Source of the DNA: Wickerhamiella versatilis
Taxonomy: Eukaryota
NCBI GenBank assembly: GCA_030867685.1
Contig: JAQOWU010000008.1
Span: forward strand, 1,798,001-1,862,000
Length of the DNA stretch: 64,000 nucleotides
Direction: 5' to 3'
The notes beneath the pieces are model-generated. The model was not told the origin of the DNA, did not search any database, and saw nothing but the letters and a program-made list of their open reading frames with translations. The translations under genes were made by a program, and so were the position numbers. Below, in pieces: positions 20,744-30,751 of this stretch. Numbering within the stretch: position 1 is the first letter of the stretch; each line of letters opens with the position of its first letter.

Positions 20744-22669
20744 ATGAGTGATGCGGAATTAAATACATTAGCATCGCATGCTGACGCCACAACTGCCGTA
20801 ACTTGTTTTGACACCCCATATTTTGTTCCAGAATATCCAGACCTTCACAGAGCATGTCAGAAAGGTGATTGTGACCGTATTCAGGAAATTTTGGAAAATG
20901 ATCCTGATGCAGTCAATATGGTAGCTCACGATGGAACCTTTCCACTTCATATTGCAGCCTCGAATAATTGGATAAGAGCCTGCCGTTTGTTGATCTCTTT
21001 TGGTGCCGCTGTAGATACACTAGGTGGGCCAATGCGTGCTTCTCCACTTATGTGGGCATGTCGAAACGGTATGGTTTATATAGTTCGTGCGCTTGTAGAA
21101 CATGGTGCACAGTTTGATGGGATATCCGACGAGTCAGGGTTCTCGCCGCTGCATTTAGCCGTTCACTCTTCAAATGTAATGATGGTCATTTACTTGGTAC
21201 ATTTGGACGTGACGCTAGACACGCCAGATCATGACCTGAGGACTCCGCTTCATTGGGCAATTGCACAGGGTGATCATATGTCAGTAGAAACCTTATTGAA
21301 AGCTGGTGCCAATCCAAACTTGACGGATGGCGATGGAACACCACCTTTGGATTTGGCTATCTCAGGCGGGCACTTAGAGATAGTGAAATTGCTTTTACTG
21401 TTTGGTGTGGATCCTGCTTTTGCTATTCGAAGAGTCAGGGATTTGGGACGTGATATTCTTTGGATTAGAACGATAGAACAATATTCCCCAGTACGTTACC
21501 GTTTTACAGGAATGATCAAACCCAATACGGCTGCAATTTTAACAGCCCTAATTGCTGCCTTCATAATTTCCACCCCTCCTGTGTTCGTTAAAATCATGCC
21601 GCTATATATCGGAGTGCCTCTTTCGCTTTTAACGATTTTCTATGGCACTAGATGGCTAAAGGCTGCTATAATTCCAATAAAGTGGCCCGGTGAGTTTGGT
21701 CTTATGAGAAGCACATATCTAATTGGTATTTTTGCAGGAATCGCCCTGATGAACTATGGTTTATATCTGTTTCAAGTATTGCCATACTCTTTTGCTTCAA
21801 ACCCCAGCAGTTGTCTTTTTACACTTCTTCTTATGGTTCTCTTACCGTACTTTCATCTCAAGTGTATTTTCATGGATCCAGGCTTTGTGTATCCTGGGAG
21901 TGTATCTGAAAGGCTGAGCATTATCAATAATTTAATTGATTCGGGCTTGTATGACAGTAGGTATTTCTGCGTTCACACTTATGTGCCAATTCCATTTAGA
22001 GGTTGTTATGATCATTATACTGAATTCGTTATTGCAAGATTTGATCATTATTGCCCATGGTTGTATAATGCAATAGGTATCCGTAATCATCGGATATTTC
22101 TTTTGTTCATTGTGCTATTAACTGGTTCTATCGGTTTTGTAGAGAATCAATATATTCATTTTCTCAAGGAACTCCCTGGAACGACCTTCTTGGTTCGCGC
22201 CCATTCTTCAAAGTTTTCCGTTTGTCTGATGTTTTTGGACTTTATATTTTTTGCTTGGTTGTTCCTGTTATCATGTATACAAAGTATGCAAGTAGCAACT
22301 GCTTACACTTCCCGGGAACTGTCTTCAAGGCGTTATCAGGGTAATAGAGAGATTTTCAGCAGTATACCACGAGACCATCCGCAATATGTAAAAAATTATG
22401 GAGCGACAGAGCACCCGACAAAGAAATTTGAAGAACATAAGTCTCGCAGCTCATTGTTTATGCGTGTATTCGGCCTTCAACAAGTTGTCGCTATCTATCG
22501 CAACTTAAAACATGGCAGTCGTAATCGATTCGATAATGGAGTTTTAACTAATTGCCATGACTTTTGGTGCGCAGGAGGATCTATTTTAGCTCCTGATGGG
22601 TGTATCGGTGCGATTAATGGTAAGAATATTAATTATTCCAATATTATCGACTATCCTAACGCCAAATAG
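20744..22669 (+). CDS. AKR1: Ankyrin-repeat palmitoyltransferase Akr1
   Basis: Ankyrin repeats, TM segments, DHYCPW motif. Confidence 0.9.
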   Translation: MSDAELNTLASHADATTAVTCFDTPYFVPEYPDLHRACQKGDCDRIQEILENDPDAVNMVAHDGTFPLHIAASNNWIRACRLLISFGAAVDTLGGPMRASPLMWACRNGMVYIVRALVEHGAQFDGISDESGFSPLHLAVHSSNVMMVIYLVHLDVTLDTPDHDLRTPLHWAIAQGDHMSVETLLKAGANPNLTDGDGTPPLDLAISGGHLEIVKLLLLFGVDPAFAIRRVRDLGRDILWIRTIEQYSPVRYRFTGMIKPNTAAILTALIAAFIISTPPVFVKIMPLYIGVPLSLLTIFYGTRWLKAAIIPIKWPGEFGLMRSTYLIGIFAGIALMNYGLYLFQVLPYSFASNPSSCLFTLLLMVLLPYFHLKCIFMDPGFVYPGSVSERLSIINNLIDSGLYDSRYFCVHTYVPIPFRGCYDHYTEFVIARFDHYCPWLYNAIGIRNHRIFLLFIVLLTGSIGFVENQYIHFLKELPGTTFLVRAHSSKFSVCLMFLDFIFFAWLFLLSCIQSMQVATAYTSRELSSRRYQGNREIFSSIPRDHPQYVKNYGATEHPTKKFEEHKSRSSLFMRVFGLQQVVAIYRNLKHGSRNRFDNGVLTNCHDFWCAGGSILAPDGCIGAINGKNINYSNIIDYPNAK

Positions 22670-22729
22670 TTACTAGTGCTTAAAATGTACGAATAACCAA
22701 AATAAATTAGAAAGAGTCAATTATATCAA

Positions 22730-23550
22730 TAGTACTAATGTATAATCACAATAGTAATTCACAAGCCTGTACAAAGTGTATGTGCTCTCTTATCCCCGTC
22801 GGTCGCTCTTAGTTGCTCTTAGTGACTTTGTCTTTGTCAAATATTATTGATGTTACTAACGCAGCTCTTCCACTACCGCCGTCCAGTTTTTCTATCTCAA
22901 CAAAAACATACCTTAGTAACCATACCAATCTCGATTACAGCGCTACTATTGGCCAATAACTCCACATAAATGTCCAATGATAATACTCGAATCCTTAATT
23001 GGATTATAAAATTTCAATATTTTAATATTCTGAATCTATTTTTCTAATTATAATTTATATCTGTCATAAAAACAAAAACACCAGTATGATGTAATTATAT
23101 ATCGCAATTTCATTGGTTGTTATATAACTATGTTCTCATTGGATGAAAATAATGTTCATCCTTTTCTTACAGACGTTTTAACGGCAGTGAAAGCCAAACT
23201 AAATAACTACGGAAAAGAAAACTGGTTCTTCAGCACTAATTCTGCAATTCTTTACCCTATATTAATCTGATACTTATTGTTAAATGGAGGATAACACTTT
23301 TTTAAAGCTTGAGCGTGGATTTCCTGTGAGCCCTAACCTCCGTTCGCGTAGATAGAGGATTCCTAGGCTGTCTGGCTGATATGTGCGGAACCCTGAATCA
23401 GCCAAGAAGTCACAATAGGACGTTACAAGAAATCACAGCCTGCGTATAATATATAACATCAGAAATAAGGGAATTCAATTGGTACAAATCTGTTTGCGAC
23501 TTAATTAAGCCTATCCGTTATTCATATGATTAATTTTAGTGTCGATGCAA
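22730..23550 (+). ncRNA. Candidate long structured ncRNA, possibly telomerase RNA (ends uncertain)
   Basis: Template-like CATACC-TTAGTAAC-CATACC 22907-22926; 8-bp long-range helix 22883-22890/23218-23225; three-way junction 23315-23436; no long ORF. Confidence 0.4.
22778..22864 (+). other. Spliceosomal intron in an ORF-free region
   Basis: GTATGT at 22778, TACTAAC 22854-22860, GCAG ending 22864 (87 nt). Confidence 0.7.
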
Positions 23551-23678
23551 CATATCACTCTCCATTCTCTTTAGATAAATATGAATCCCATCTGTGATCA
23601 GTTTCCATCTGCATGCCATCAATTCTCGTAACGAGAAATCCAAAGTGTAATTTATGACGTCAAGGCGACAATCATGCT

Positions 23679-26213
23679 TCAGGTTTTCCCACAAAGACAG
23701 CTACAACTCGGAACAGGGCAGATATCATAACGAGCAAACCACTCTCGTGCATGTACTGAGTGATAAACGTGATTACAACTGAGACAAAATGTAGGCCAAC
23801 GATCTGCATGAGATCTGTCTTCAAGAGAAGGCCCAATGGGTAAGAGGCACACTGCACAAGAAGGCAAAGGTGCACCACAAGATGGACATCGTGATCTGTT
23901 AGCAGGTTTAGATCCCACTCGCTTTTTACCGCCAATTGGTTCTCTACAATGGAAGCATCGCAGGAAAATCTGCCTCGGAACTGGTGCGGCTCCCACTAAT
24001 TTGTTTCGCCCGACATCGAACATTGCACGCTGCTTAAACAGTTGCCAAGAGTCGAGAAGGCTGCGATATTCCTCGAGCCAGCTACCAACTCTTGAATCAG
24101 CGATGAATCGTGGCCATCCAAAACTTGCCAATAGACTTACGGTTTGAATATCACCTGTACGATCTAGATAAGACTGAAGCAATTCAACAAATCGGGGGGT
24201 CAACCCTGTCAGTAGAATCCCCTCTAGGTCACCTGCAGCTATCACCTTCTCTGTTAGCCTGCTCAGATATTGAGAGAGTTCTTTCCTTTTAAGAAATCGC
24301 AGAGCCACGCCAAGTCTTTCCGTTAGTGGTAGCGATCCATCATCTAACAAGTCAAACCAAGAGCCGTCTGCAATATATGCAAATATTGCGCGAAGATATG
24401 GATTCGACATCTCAGAGGCAAGTCTTCGACACTGTTCACGCCAAGGGTTCGTTGTTGATACATCTTTATAAACCAAATATCCCGCAACTGCCGATGACAT
24501 TAATCTTAGGTTCGTTTTCCGTGACGCAGCTAAGCTTTGGACTGCTCGGGAAACATCACCGTGAAAAACTGCCCAAGCTGCAGCCTTTTCGTGGTCACCC
24601 TTGGACTCAAGATTAACTATTCTAGACTCCAATTGCTTGAGTCCAAAGTCCCATCCGGTCATTCGGAGACCAATTCTACGGTATGCAGTAGTTGTTGCAT
24701 CGTCATCTTGTGCCAAATATACTTCTCCCTTTAACCCCCTGGAAGCTTGTTTAAATGCATCATCTACAACGGAGGGATCATCACATCTTCCCTTGAGCGT
24801 TTCAGGTGATAATCCTGTCCACATTCCGGAGATACCGCAATATCGAAGGTCTGCTCGTTCAGTTTTCAGGTGTGCAGCCAATTCACCTGGTTCTCTTTCA
24901 ATCCAGTGCCATGCGGCGAGAAGGCCTCCTGGTGCATGCTCTTTCTTGAATATTTCAATATTTCTTCGTGCATCAACTGAATAACCTCTAATCGCTCTGA
25001 GTCGCATAACAGTTGAGATATCATTGCATAAGAGATCAGGAACCACTACAATTTCTTCCTCGGAAGAAGATTCAGCCAAGCTCTCATCGCTGCTCTCATC
25101 TTCGGTCAAACTTCGTTCAGAAGGGTGCTTTGTCTCTAGTGATGGTTGTAGACACATTATTCGATGAGAGTCGCAAACCATAAAGTTGTTTTCCGGATCA
25201 AAGTATACACCTTGTGGTGGTTCACGAGCAGGAATGCGGAATACCTGGCCACTTTGTCGTACACACACAAGATCTAGCAAGTTTCGTATGCCTGCGGGTG
25301 CATAGTCAAACCCTACGACCTTGTCACTTCCTGTGTCGATGTCTTCTACTCTTGATACGAAAAGCGACCCTGGTTCGGATGTATGTGAGCTCAGTGCTGT
25401 AGCAAGCTGACTACCGTTGCCGGGTGTCCTAGATGTGAGCCATTGTCGAACGATTCCTCTGTCGTGCAACACACCAAACTCATCGCTGTAACGTGGACTA
25501 AATCGCATGCATCTTTGCGTGGATCTACCTGAAGCAAATACTCTTGGTATTAGAATCAACGGCTCTGCTGCCCTTGTATCCGAAAACATTCTACGATCCC
25601 ACATGGCCAGTGCTCCAGAGTCAGCACTGGAGCAAAATAAGTTGTCATCTTTCTTATTTAAAGAGATCATTTGTGTGTATTTGGTTGATGCTGTGATGGC
25701 CGATGTTGACATTCGAATATCTATAACTCTGAGCATACGCGGGCTGCCGCAGAGTATGGCAGTGGGCCTGGACGGTAGAAATCTCAAACTCCATATCTTC
25801 TCATTCGGAAACATCCGCAACAATGGTTCTCGTGATTGGGTGGCATCCCATATGAGCAAAGAATCCTCTAGTCTATGGCGATCAAGTCCCTCCGCTATTA
25901 GGCCTGATGTGCTGAACGTGATACCAAACCCCTTGCGCGATTGCTGTGGTTCTAGACTTATTAAATGCTTGTTTCTCAGCATATTTGCCACATGGGCAGC
26001 ACCGCTATCAGTAGTATATCCAAATATTCCGGTATTTGAAGGTGAATAGTCAAATTCTTCGATAGGAGATACCGTTTCCAGAGATGCCTCGAGCCATGTT
26101 TTGCTACGGTTCGATCGGTGTAATGTAATATCTTCGCGCCCCAGTCCTGTTCCCACGAATATTTGTTCGTCTCCGTCCTCCCATTCAGCAGCCCGAACAA
26201 TGTCTGCCGACAT
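23679..26213 (-). CDS. SEA4: SEA/GATOR2 subunit Sea4 (Mio)
   Basis: N-terminal WD40, EKAAAWAVFHG, NPYLRAIFAYI, C-terminal zinc finger/RING (FCLSCNH..H..W...CPVPSCSC). Confidence 0.92.
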   Translation of the reverse strand: MSADIVRAAEWEDGDEQIFVGTGLGREDITLHRSNRSKTWLEASLETVSPIEEFDYSPSNTGIFGYTTDSGAAHVANMLRNKHLISLEPQQSRKGFGITFSTSGLIAEGLDRHRLEDSLLIWDATQSREPLLRMFPNEKIWSLRFLPSRPTAILCGSPRMLRVIDIRMSTSAITASTKYTQMISLNKKDDNLFCSSADSGALAMWDRRMFSDTRAAEPLILIPRVFASGRSTQRCMRFSPRYSDEFGVLHDRGIVRQWLTSRTPGNGSQLATALSSHTSEPGSLFVSRVEDIDTGSDKVVGFDYAPAGIRNLLDLVCVRQSGQVFRIPAREPPQGVYFDPENNFMVCDSHRIMCLQPSLETKHPSERSLTEDESSDESLAESSSEEEIVVVPDLLCNDISTVMRLRAIRGYSVDARRNIEIFKKEHAPGGLLAAWHWIEREPGELAAHLKTERADLRYCGISGMWTGLSPETLKGRCDDPSVVDDAFKQASRGLKGEVYLAQDDDATTTAYRRIGLRMTGWDFGLKQLESRIVNLESKGDHEKAAAWAVFHGDVSRAVQSLAASRKTNLRLMSSAVAGYLVYKDVSTTNPWREQCRRLASEMSNPYLRAIFAYIADGSWFDLLDDGSLPLTERLGVALRFLKRKELSQYLSRLTEKVIAAGDLEGILLTGLTPRFVELLQSYLDRTGDIQTVSLLASFGWPRFIADSRVGSWLEEYRSLLDSWQLFKQRAMFDVGRNKLVGAAPVPRQIFLRCFHCREPIGGKKRVGSKPANRSRCPSCGAPLPSCAVCLLPIGPSLEDRSHADRWPTFCLSCNHVYHSVHAREWFARYDICPVPSCSCLCGKT

Positions 26214-26376
26214 GTCTCCTAGCTGACCAAGATTTACAAATGGGCTATTGATAAAAACATACGTTCATTATTTGAGATGTTTCTCTTCTGTTTATTCTTC
26301 AACTGTATTTTATAATTTGATTTGACTATTTTAGCTATATTGTGGTTGTGGTGTTCTATCAGTGTTGTCTTGACTC

Positions 26377-27114
26377 ATGGCTGACACTGAGCTCCAGATA
26401 ATTTTGGATGCGCAGTGGGATGCCCTGGCTAGCAGGAGTAACCATGTGCGCGCTATACGTCGTAAGCTTTCAGAGCATCTTGCCAGTCTAGCTACTATGA
26501 GGCAACAAGATGCAAGTGCGCAATTGGATGAGGCTCAGAAAATTAAGCACTTGCAAAAACAGTTTGACGAATGGCAAGCGCAAAATACTGAAGTAAATAG
26601 TCGTCTAATTGAACTTCGTACTGGTGCCCTCTCGGAAGAACTATCGTCCACACGGCGGGAGTTAGGCGAAATTGAGAAACGGCGAGCAAATCTCTTGGCT
26701 AGGGAACGTGACTTGTCGTCCGTTTTAGAAAGTAGGTGCGCACCCCTGGAAGAGTACCTTCGAACCTTTTCCTCTACTAAACCTCCTGATCCTAGTAGCT
26801 ATGGCGAGAAGCTTTCACTTTTAGAGCATGCGCATCATGTGGCTAAAAAGGAATCTCAGGCTGCAGCTGACGGTCTCGTTTTGTGGGAAGATGTCTGTAC
26901 TGAGCTCTCAGATTTAGACAATTCCATAAAACATACTAGCTTGGATCAGATTCCTTTCATGGTCACACAGAAGATTGGTATGTTGTCCCGCCTGAGGGAT
27001 CAAGCCTCTGCACGAAATTGGAATGTTCTTGTGGTTGCAATTGGCCATGAACTTATAATATTGGCTCAGCTTGCGGAAGCTATAAGGGACAAGACGCGTG
27101 GTGGTGACGTTTAG
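26377..27114 (+). CDS. Coiled-coil protein, Atg28-like
   Basis: ELQIILDAQ, coiled coil, C-terminal WNVLVVAIGHEL resembling fungal Atg28. Confidence 0.55.
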   Translation: MADTELQIILDAQWDALASRSNHVRAIRRKLSEHLASLATMRQQDASAQLDEAQKIKHLQKQFDEWQAQNTEVNSRLIELRTGALSEELSSTRRELGEIEKRRANLLARERDLSSVLESRCAPLEEYLRTFSSTKPPDPSSYGEKLSLLEHAHHVAKKESQAAADGLVLWEDVCTELSDLDNSIKHTSLDQIPFMVTQKIGMLSRLRDQASARNWNVLVVAIGHELIILAQLAEAIRDKTRGGDV

Positions 27115-27553
27115 TTACTCTTCCGTCTTTTCATGTAGTATTTAATTGTGTACCTAGTTTTTTCATTAATTATGACATCCTTGCAAGGGTGTTTTGCATC
27201 GAATTTTGCAAATTTATATATCTCAGTTGGTATGCGCTGCAGTTGTATATGTACTTCTTTTTAAGTTACTACTGAGATGAACTTTGCAATATTATAATGC
27301 TAAATCAGGAAACATATTTGATCAGCATCTCCACAATGCCATAGAGGATAGCATCAAATAAGAGGAAAAAGAAAAACAAAAACAAAAAAACAAAAAAGGA
27401 CAAACAGAATCCCCCCGAACAACAAGGAGAGGTCATTCGATAAAACTTAAACGTGTAATACATCTGGTAAACAAGACACAACAGAGTCAGATGAACATAC
27501 GGAGCCAAATTACCATAAGCTAAATGTTATACTAGGCATAAAACTCTAGAGAA

Positions 27554-28777
27554 CTAGCGGCGACCTGCCATGGACCACGAACCTCCCTCTGCCTGTGCGC
27601 GTTGCGCTTTCTGAGCATCAGCAACGGACGCAACTGTATCGGGGTCGGTAGAAGAGGTTGCCTTCTTGGTGTCAGAGGATGCTGATTCGTCTTCATCCTC
27701 ATCTTCAATTTGCAAGGCAGCAAATCCTCCGAGCGAAGGCTTTGTAGACCCATGCTTTGTGTTGTCGGTGTGAGCAGCAGAGGCAGTCGCGGGAGTAGCA
27801 GTGGATGAGGAGCTAGCACTACCCGCACTAGAACGGTCCTTTCCCCAATCCAATTCAGGCTCATCCCGACGGTTATGATGGTGATGACGCCGAGCGCTCC
27901 TAAAACCGCGGTCAGATGCAGGCGGAGGCGCGTGAGACCTGGCAGCACCCCAGTCGAGCTCAGGCTCATCACGATGAGGACGATCAGAGAAGATCTTCCT
28001 ATGGGGGCCACCATGACCACTTCCACGTCTTGCCGATGAAGGTGGTGGACCAGATCTTCGCGCAGCACCCCAGTCAAGGTCTTCATCCTGAGGAGGAGGG
28101 CGGTGACGAGGAGGACCATCTGTGTACGGACCACGTCTACTACTCCAATCCAAGTCATCATCCGGCTGCGGAGCACGAGCAAACCTGGCCATACCAGGAG
28201 CAGCAGTAGCCGGACCAGATGGTGGACCAGATCGACGTGCAGCACCCCAATCAAGCTCAGGTTCATCTCTGAAAGATCTGGGGCCACCACCACGTGGCCC
28301 GGACCTCCAGTTACCGTCGGCACGGTCACCTTCACGCTGTTCAGCTACACCAATATGAACAGACCTTCCCTGAAGCGGAACATTATCTAGCTTCATTGCT
28401 CCAACGAGGCCATCACGATCTTCAAAATCAACGAAAGCAGAACCCTTGATGCGGCCAGTTTCCATGTCCTTTGGCAAACGAACGCTAGTTACGCGGAACC
28501 CACGCGAGACGAAAAAATCACGCACACTTTCCTCGGTAGCCTCATAAGACAAACTCGTAAGACGAGCAGTGAAGGGAGGGTAGTTAGGGATTGCTGGCTG
28601 TGCGAAACTCGTGGCTGACCACCCAGTGGATCCGGTTGCACTAGGCGCTCCCCAAGGATCGGCACTGAGGTTAGACAGGGAGATCTCATCATCAGCCCAA
28701 GATCCAGTATCATTACCACCACTTTCTAGCAGGAATTCCTGCAGATCCATGCGCTGACCCTTCTTTTTGGGCGGCAT
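27554..28777 (-). CDS. TIF3: Translation initiation factor eIF4B
   Basis: SWADD, RRM (PPFTARLTSL..KGSAFVDFED), internal LDWG(A)AR repeats; first ATG at 28777. Confidence 0.9.
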   Translation of the reverse strand: MPPKKKGQRMDLQEFLLESGGNDTGSWADDEISLSNLSADPWGAPSATGSTGWSATSFAQPAIPNYPPFTARLTSLSYEATEESVRDFFVSRGFRVTSVRLPKDMETGRIKGSAFVDFEDRDGLVGAMKLDNVPLQGRSVHIGVAEQREGDRADGNWRSGPRGGGPRSFRDEPELDWGAARRSGPPSGPATAAPGMARFARAPQPDDDLDWSSRRGPYTDGPPRHRPPPQDEDLDWGAARRSGPPPSSARRGSGHGGPHRKIFSDRPHRDEPELDWGAARSHAPPPASDRGFRSARRHHHHNRRDEPELDWGKDRSSAGSASSSSTATPATASAAHTDNTKHGSTKPSLGGFAALQIEDEDEDESASSDTKKATSSTDPDTVASVADAQKAQRAQAEGGSWSMAGRR

Positions 28778-28954
28778 TTTCAACTTATCGTGTAGTTGAT
28801 GTCAAGTTGGAATTTTCACCCGTATGAATAAGAAACACGTGATTCCTAGTGCACCCACTGTGAAAACTGTAGCAGAGCCAAGCGGTCAAAAAAGAGCTTA
28901 AATTGAACAAAAAGGTTCAAAATCGAAGGTTAGTTGCTCATATAATTGCGGAGA

Positions 28955-29629
28955 ATGATGCATGACTCCGAGGAACTAGCATGGCTGATGGAAAAAGCTC
29001 AAGATAGTTTATGCGAAACAAAGAATGTATTGACAGAATGCCACTCGGCCTTCATGTCACCAGTCAGGCTTCCATTGACAGTATCATGTAAAGACGTGTT
29101 TCGAGGGGTTCTAGTTCGATCGGGTGCCTATGCTAATATCACGCTACATGTAAAGTTACATCGGACGCATTTCACAATTCAAAACGAGAGCTTTGTGTTA
29201 ACACAAGCCTCAATTCTCCTAAAATGCATCAGACAAGCAATACTACTTGTGTCAAAAAAACAAAGCGACGGTGAAGGTATGCTCACCACTGTGATGCAAA
29301 CAGTTCACCTCCTCGAGGTTGGATTGAACGTCATGCCTGAGCCTGAGCCACAGTTCAAATTCCCCCATCGTAAATGGATACCACCAGGGATACCCCAGGG
29401 ATACTGCAGTGAGATAATAATTGATGGAGGGGATACGATATTGTTTAGCCTACTTGCCTATCATGACGGGGGTGCAATTACAAGCGCAACGAGCTCAAGA
29501 TCGCCAGATCCGAAACTTGCCGAGTCAATTGAAACGCTAAGACACGTGGTCGATGATTTAAAACTGCTGGAACGCAACCTGACGCTATGTATGTCAACCA
29601 GTAACGATATTGAATCTCAAGTAAAGTAG
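28955..29629 (+). CDS. RAV2: RAVE subunit Rav2/Rogdi-like
   Basis: EELAWL, GVLVRSG, PEPQFKFP pattern of the Rogdi family. Confidence 0.55.
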   Translation: MMHDSEELAWLMEKAQDSLCETKNVLTECHSAFMSPVRLPLTVSCKDVFRGVLVRSGAYANITLHVKLHRTHFTIQNESFVLTQASILLKCIRQAILLVSKKQSDGEGMLTTVMQTVHLLEVGLNVMPEPEPQFKFPHRKWIPPGIPQGYCSEIIIDGGDTILFSLLAYHDGGAITSATSSRSPDPKLAESIETLRHVVDDLKLLERNLTLCMSTSNDIESQVK

Positions 29630-29828
29630 AGGTATACTTGAATGTGGATAGAGGGGAGTAGAGTCGTCGAGAAAGACTTATGTGACAAAATAAACAGTAA
29701 CTTTTGACCATACAAACCAACAAATTCAGTTCCACACAGAGGCAGAATTAGGTTTATCACACCCAATTAAAATAAATAGAAGGAGGGAAAATTCAAATTA
29801 ATCACTCAAAAAGAAGGCTTCAAGAAAT

Positions 29829-30344
29829 TCAGGAACTAAATACACGCCTTCGCTTTTCGGGAACAGCCGACTGGGGATCCTTTTTTCGTTTTTTCTCCTT
29901 GCGCTCATCAGGGGACTGGGCTGCGGGGGAGCCATATCCCAGAGTCGAGTCGGAATGAGCAACACCTGGAGTAGCAAGTAGTTTTGGATCAAAACCTGGA
30001 ACCCCGCTTCCAACCGATCTCTCAAACTTTAAAGCTTGGAGAAGAGAAGGCTTTATGGGCTTGTTGAGTTCCTGCGATGGACCAATGGGTGGCTGTAGTG
30101 CCATATTCACCAAACTCCATGGTGTCTCCCCAACATTGGGAATCGGGTGCTTTCCTGGTAGATCTGAAATATGATTTTTATATGACTTACGGAGCTTGCG
30201 CTTCTGCCCCGTAACTGGATCCTGTCGAGCGACTAAAGAAGCAAGCTCCTTCAAGTCATACGTGGCAATCAGATCTGTCGTACCCGATGGGCGACCCTGG
30301 GGACACCGTTGGCTAACCAAGTAAAGTTGGTTGCCGTCGGCCAT
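29829..30344 (-). CDS. ROX3: Mediator subunit Med19/Rox3
   Basis: DLIATYDL..VARQDPVTG..KLRKSYKNHISDLPGKH; basic C-terminus. Confidence 0.9.
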   Translation of the reverse strand: MADGNQLYLVSQRCPQGRPSGTTDLIATYDLKELASLVARQDPVTGQKRKLRKSYKNHISDLPGKHPIPNVGETPWSLVNMALQPPIGPSQELNKPIKPSLLQALKFERSVGSGVPGFDPKLLATPGVAHSDSTLGYGSPAAQSPDERKEKKRKKDPQSAVPEKRRRVFSS

Positions 30345-30676
30345 GTCACACAGGTTGCTGACTCATCATGAGAACTAGTAATCGACTTATAAGTGGGGGC
30401 GGCGAATAAATCGAGGCATATAAATTTATTCTGAGCTAGTAGAAATTATATAGAATAAACGTACCCGATGGTCCAAGAGCTCCCGAATGCAATTTTGGTC
30501 AGCCGAGATTTATGGAAGGTCGAATACCAAATAGGAAAGCTCAAGTTAAAAAAAAGCAAGATTAATTTCTGAAGAAAATCCCAATAAAAGCTTGTTATCA
30601 ATCCAATAATGGATAATTCGAACCTACTTGCACAGAGGAAATGCTAGTAACATAATTTAATAATATGACATAATAT

Positions 30677-30690
30677 AGGGCTACAGCCCT
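30677..30690. promoter_or_regulatory. Ribosomal-protein promoter palindrome (Tbf1/Homol-E/IFHL-like)
   Basis: AGGGCTACAGCCCT about 60 nt upstream of the RPL32 ATG; one mismatch to AGGGCTATAGCCCT. Confidence 0.65.
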
Positions 30691-30751
30691 GGTAACTCGC
30701 GAAGGTGACGCACACACATAGGAGGTCTAGTGGATCTGACGTGAATCGTAA

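Noticed and set aside
22906-22926. Minus-strand GTATGG/GTATGT as 5' splice sites
   Set aside because: No CTAAC branch and 3' site downstream on that strand; better explained as the 14+6 repeat.
23270-23280. ATACTTA as the 5' end of U1 snRNA (also at 45761)
   Set aside because: Not followed by CCT or a U1-70K loop; the 45761 copy overlaps the antisense of a 5' splice site.
23300-23445. SRP RNA or TPP riboswitch for the structured island
   Set aside because: No GNRA-capped helix 8 with correct CAGG/AGCA spacing, no Alu UGUAA motif, and no GCUGAGA/CUGAU-GGAUAAU TPP core.
27361-27400. A-rich (A)nC tract
   Set aside because: Ordinary U-rich 3' UTR of TIF3, not a retroelement tail.
27532-28722. 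Overlapping alternative-frame and antisense ORFs over TIF3 (likewise over PDI, FAO1, SEA4, FMP27)
   Set aside because: Shadows of GC-rich, codon-biased genes; no recognisable domains.
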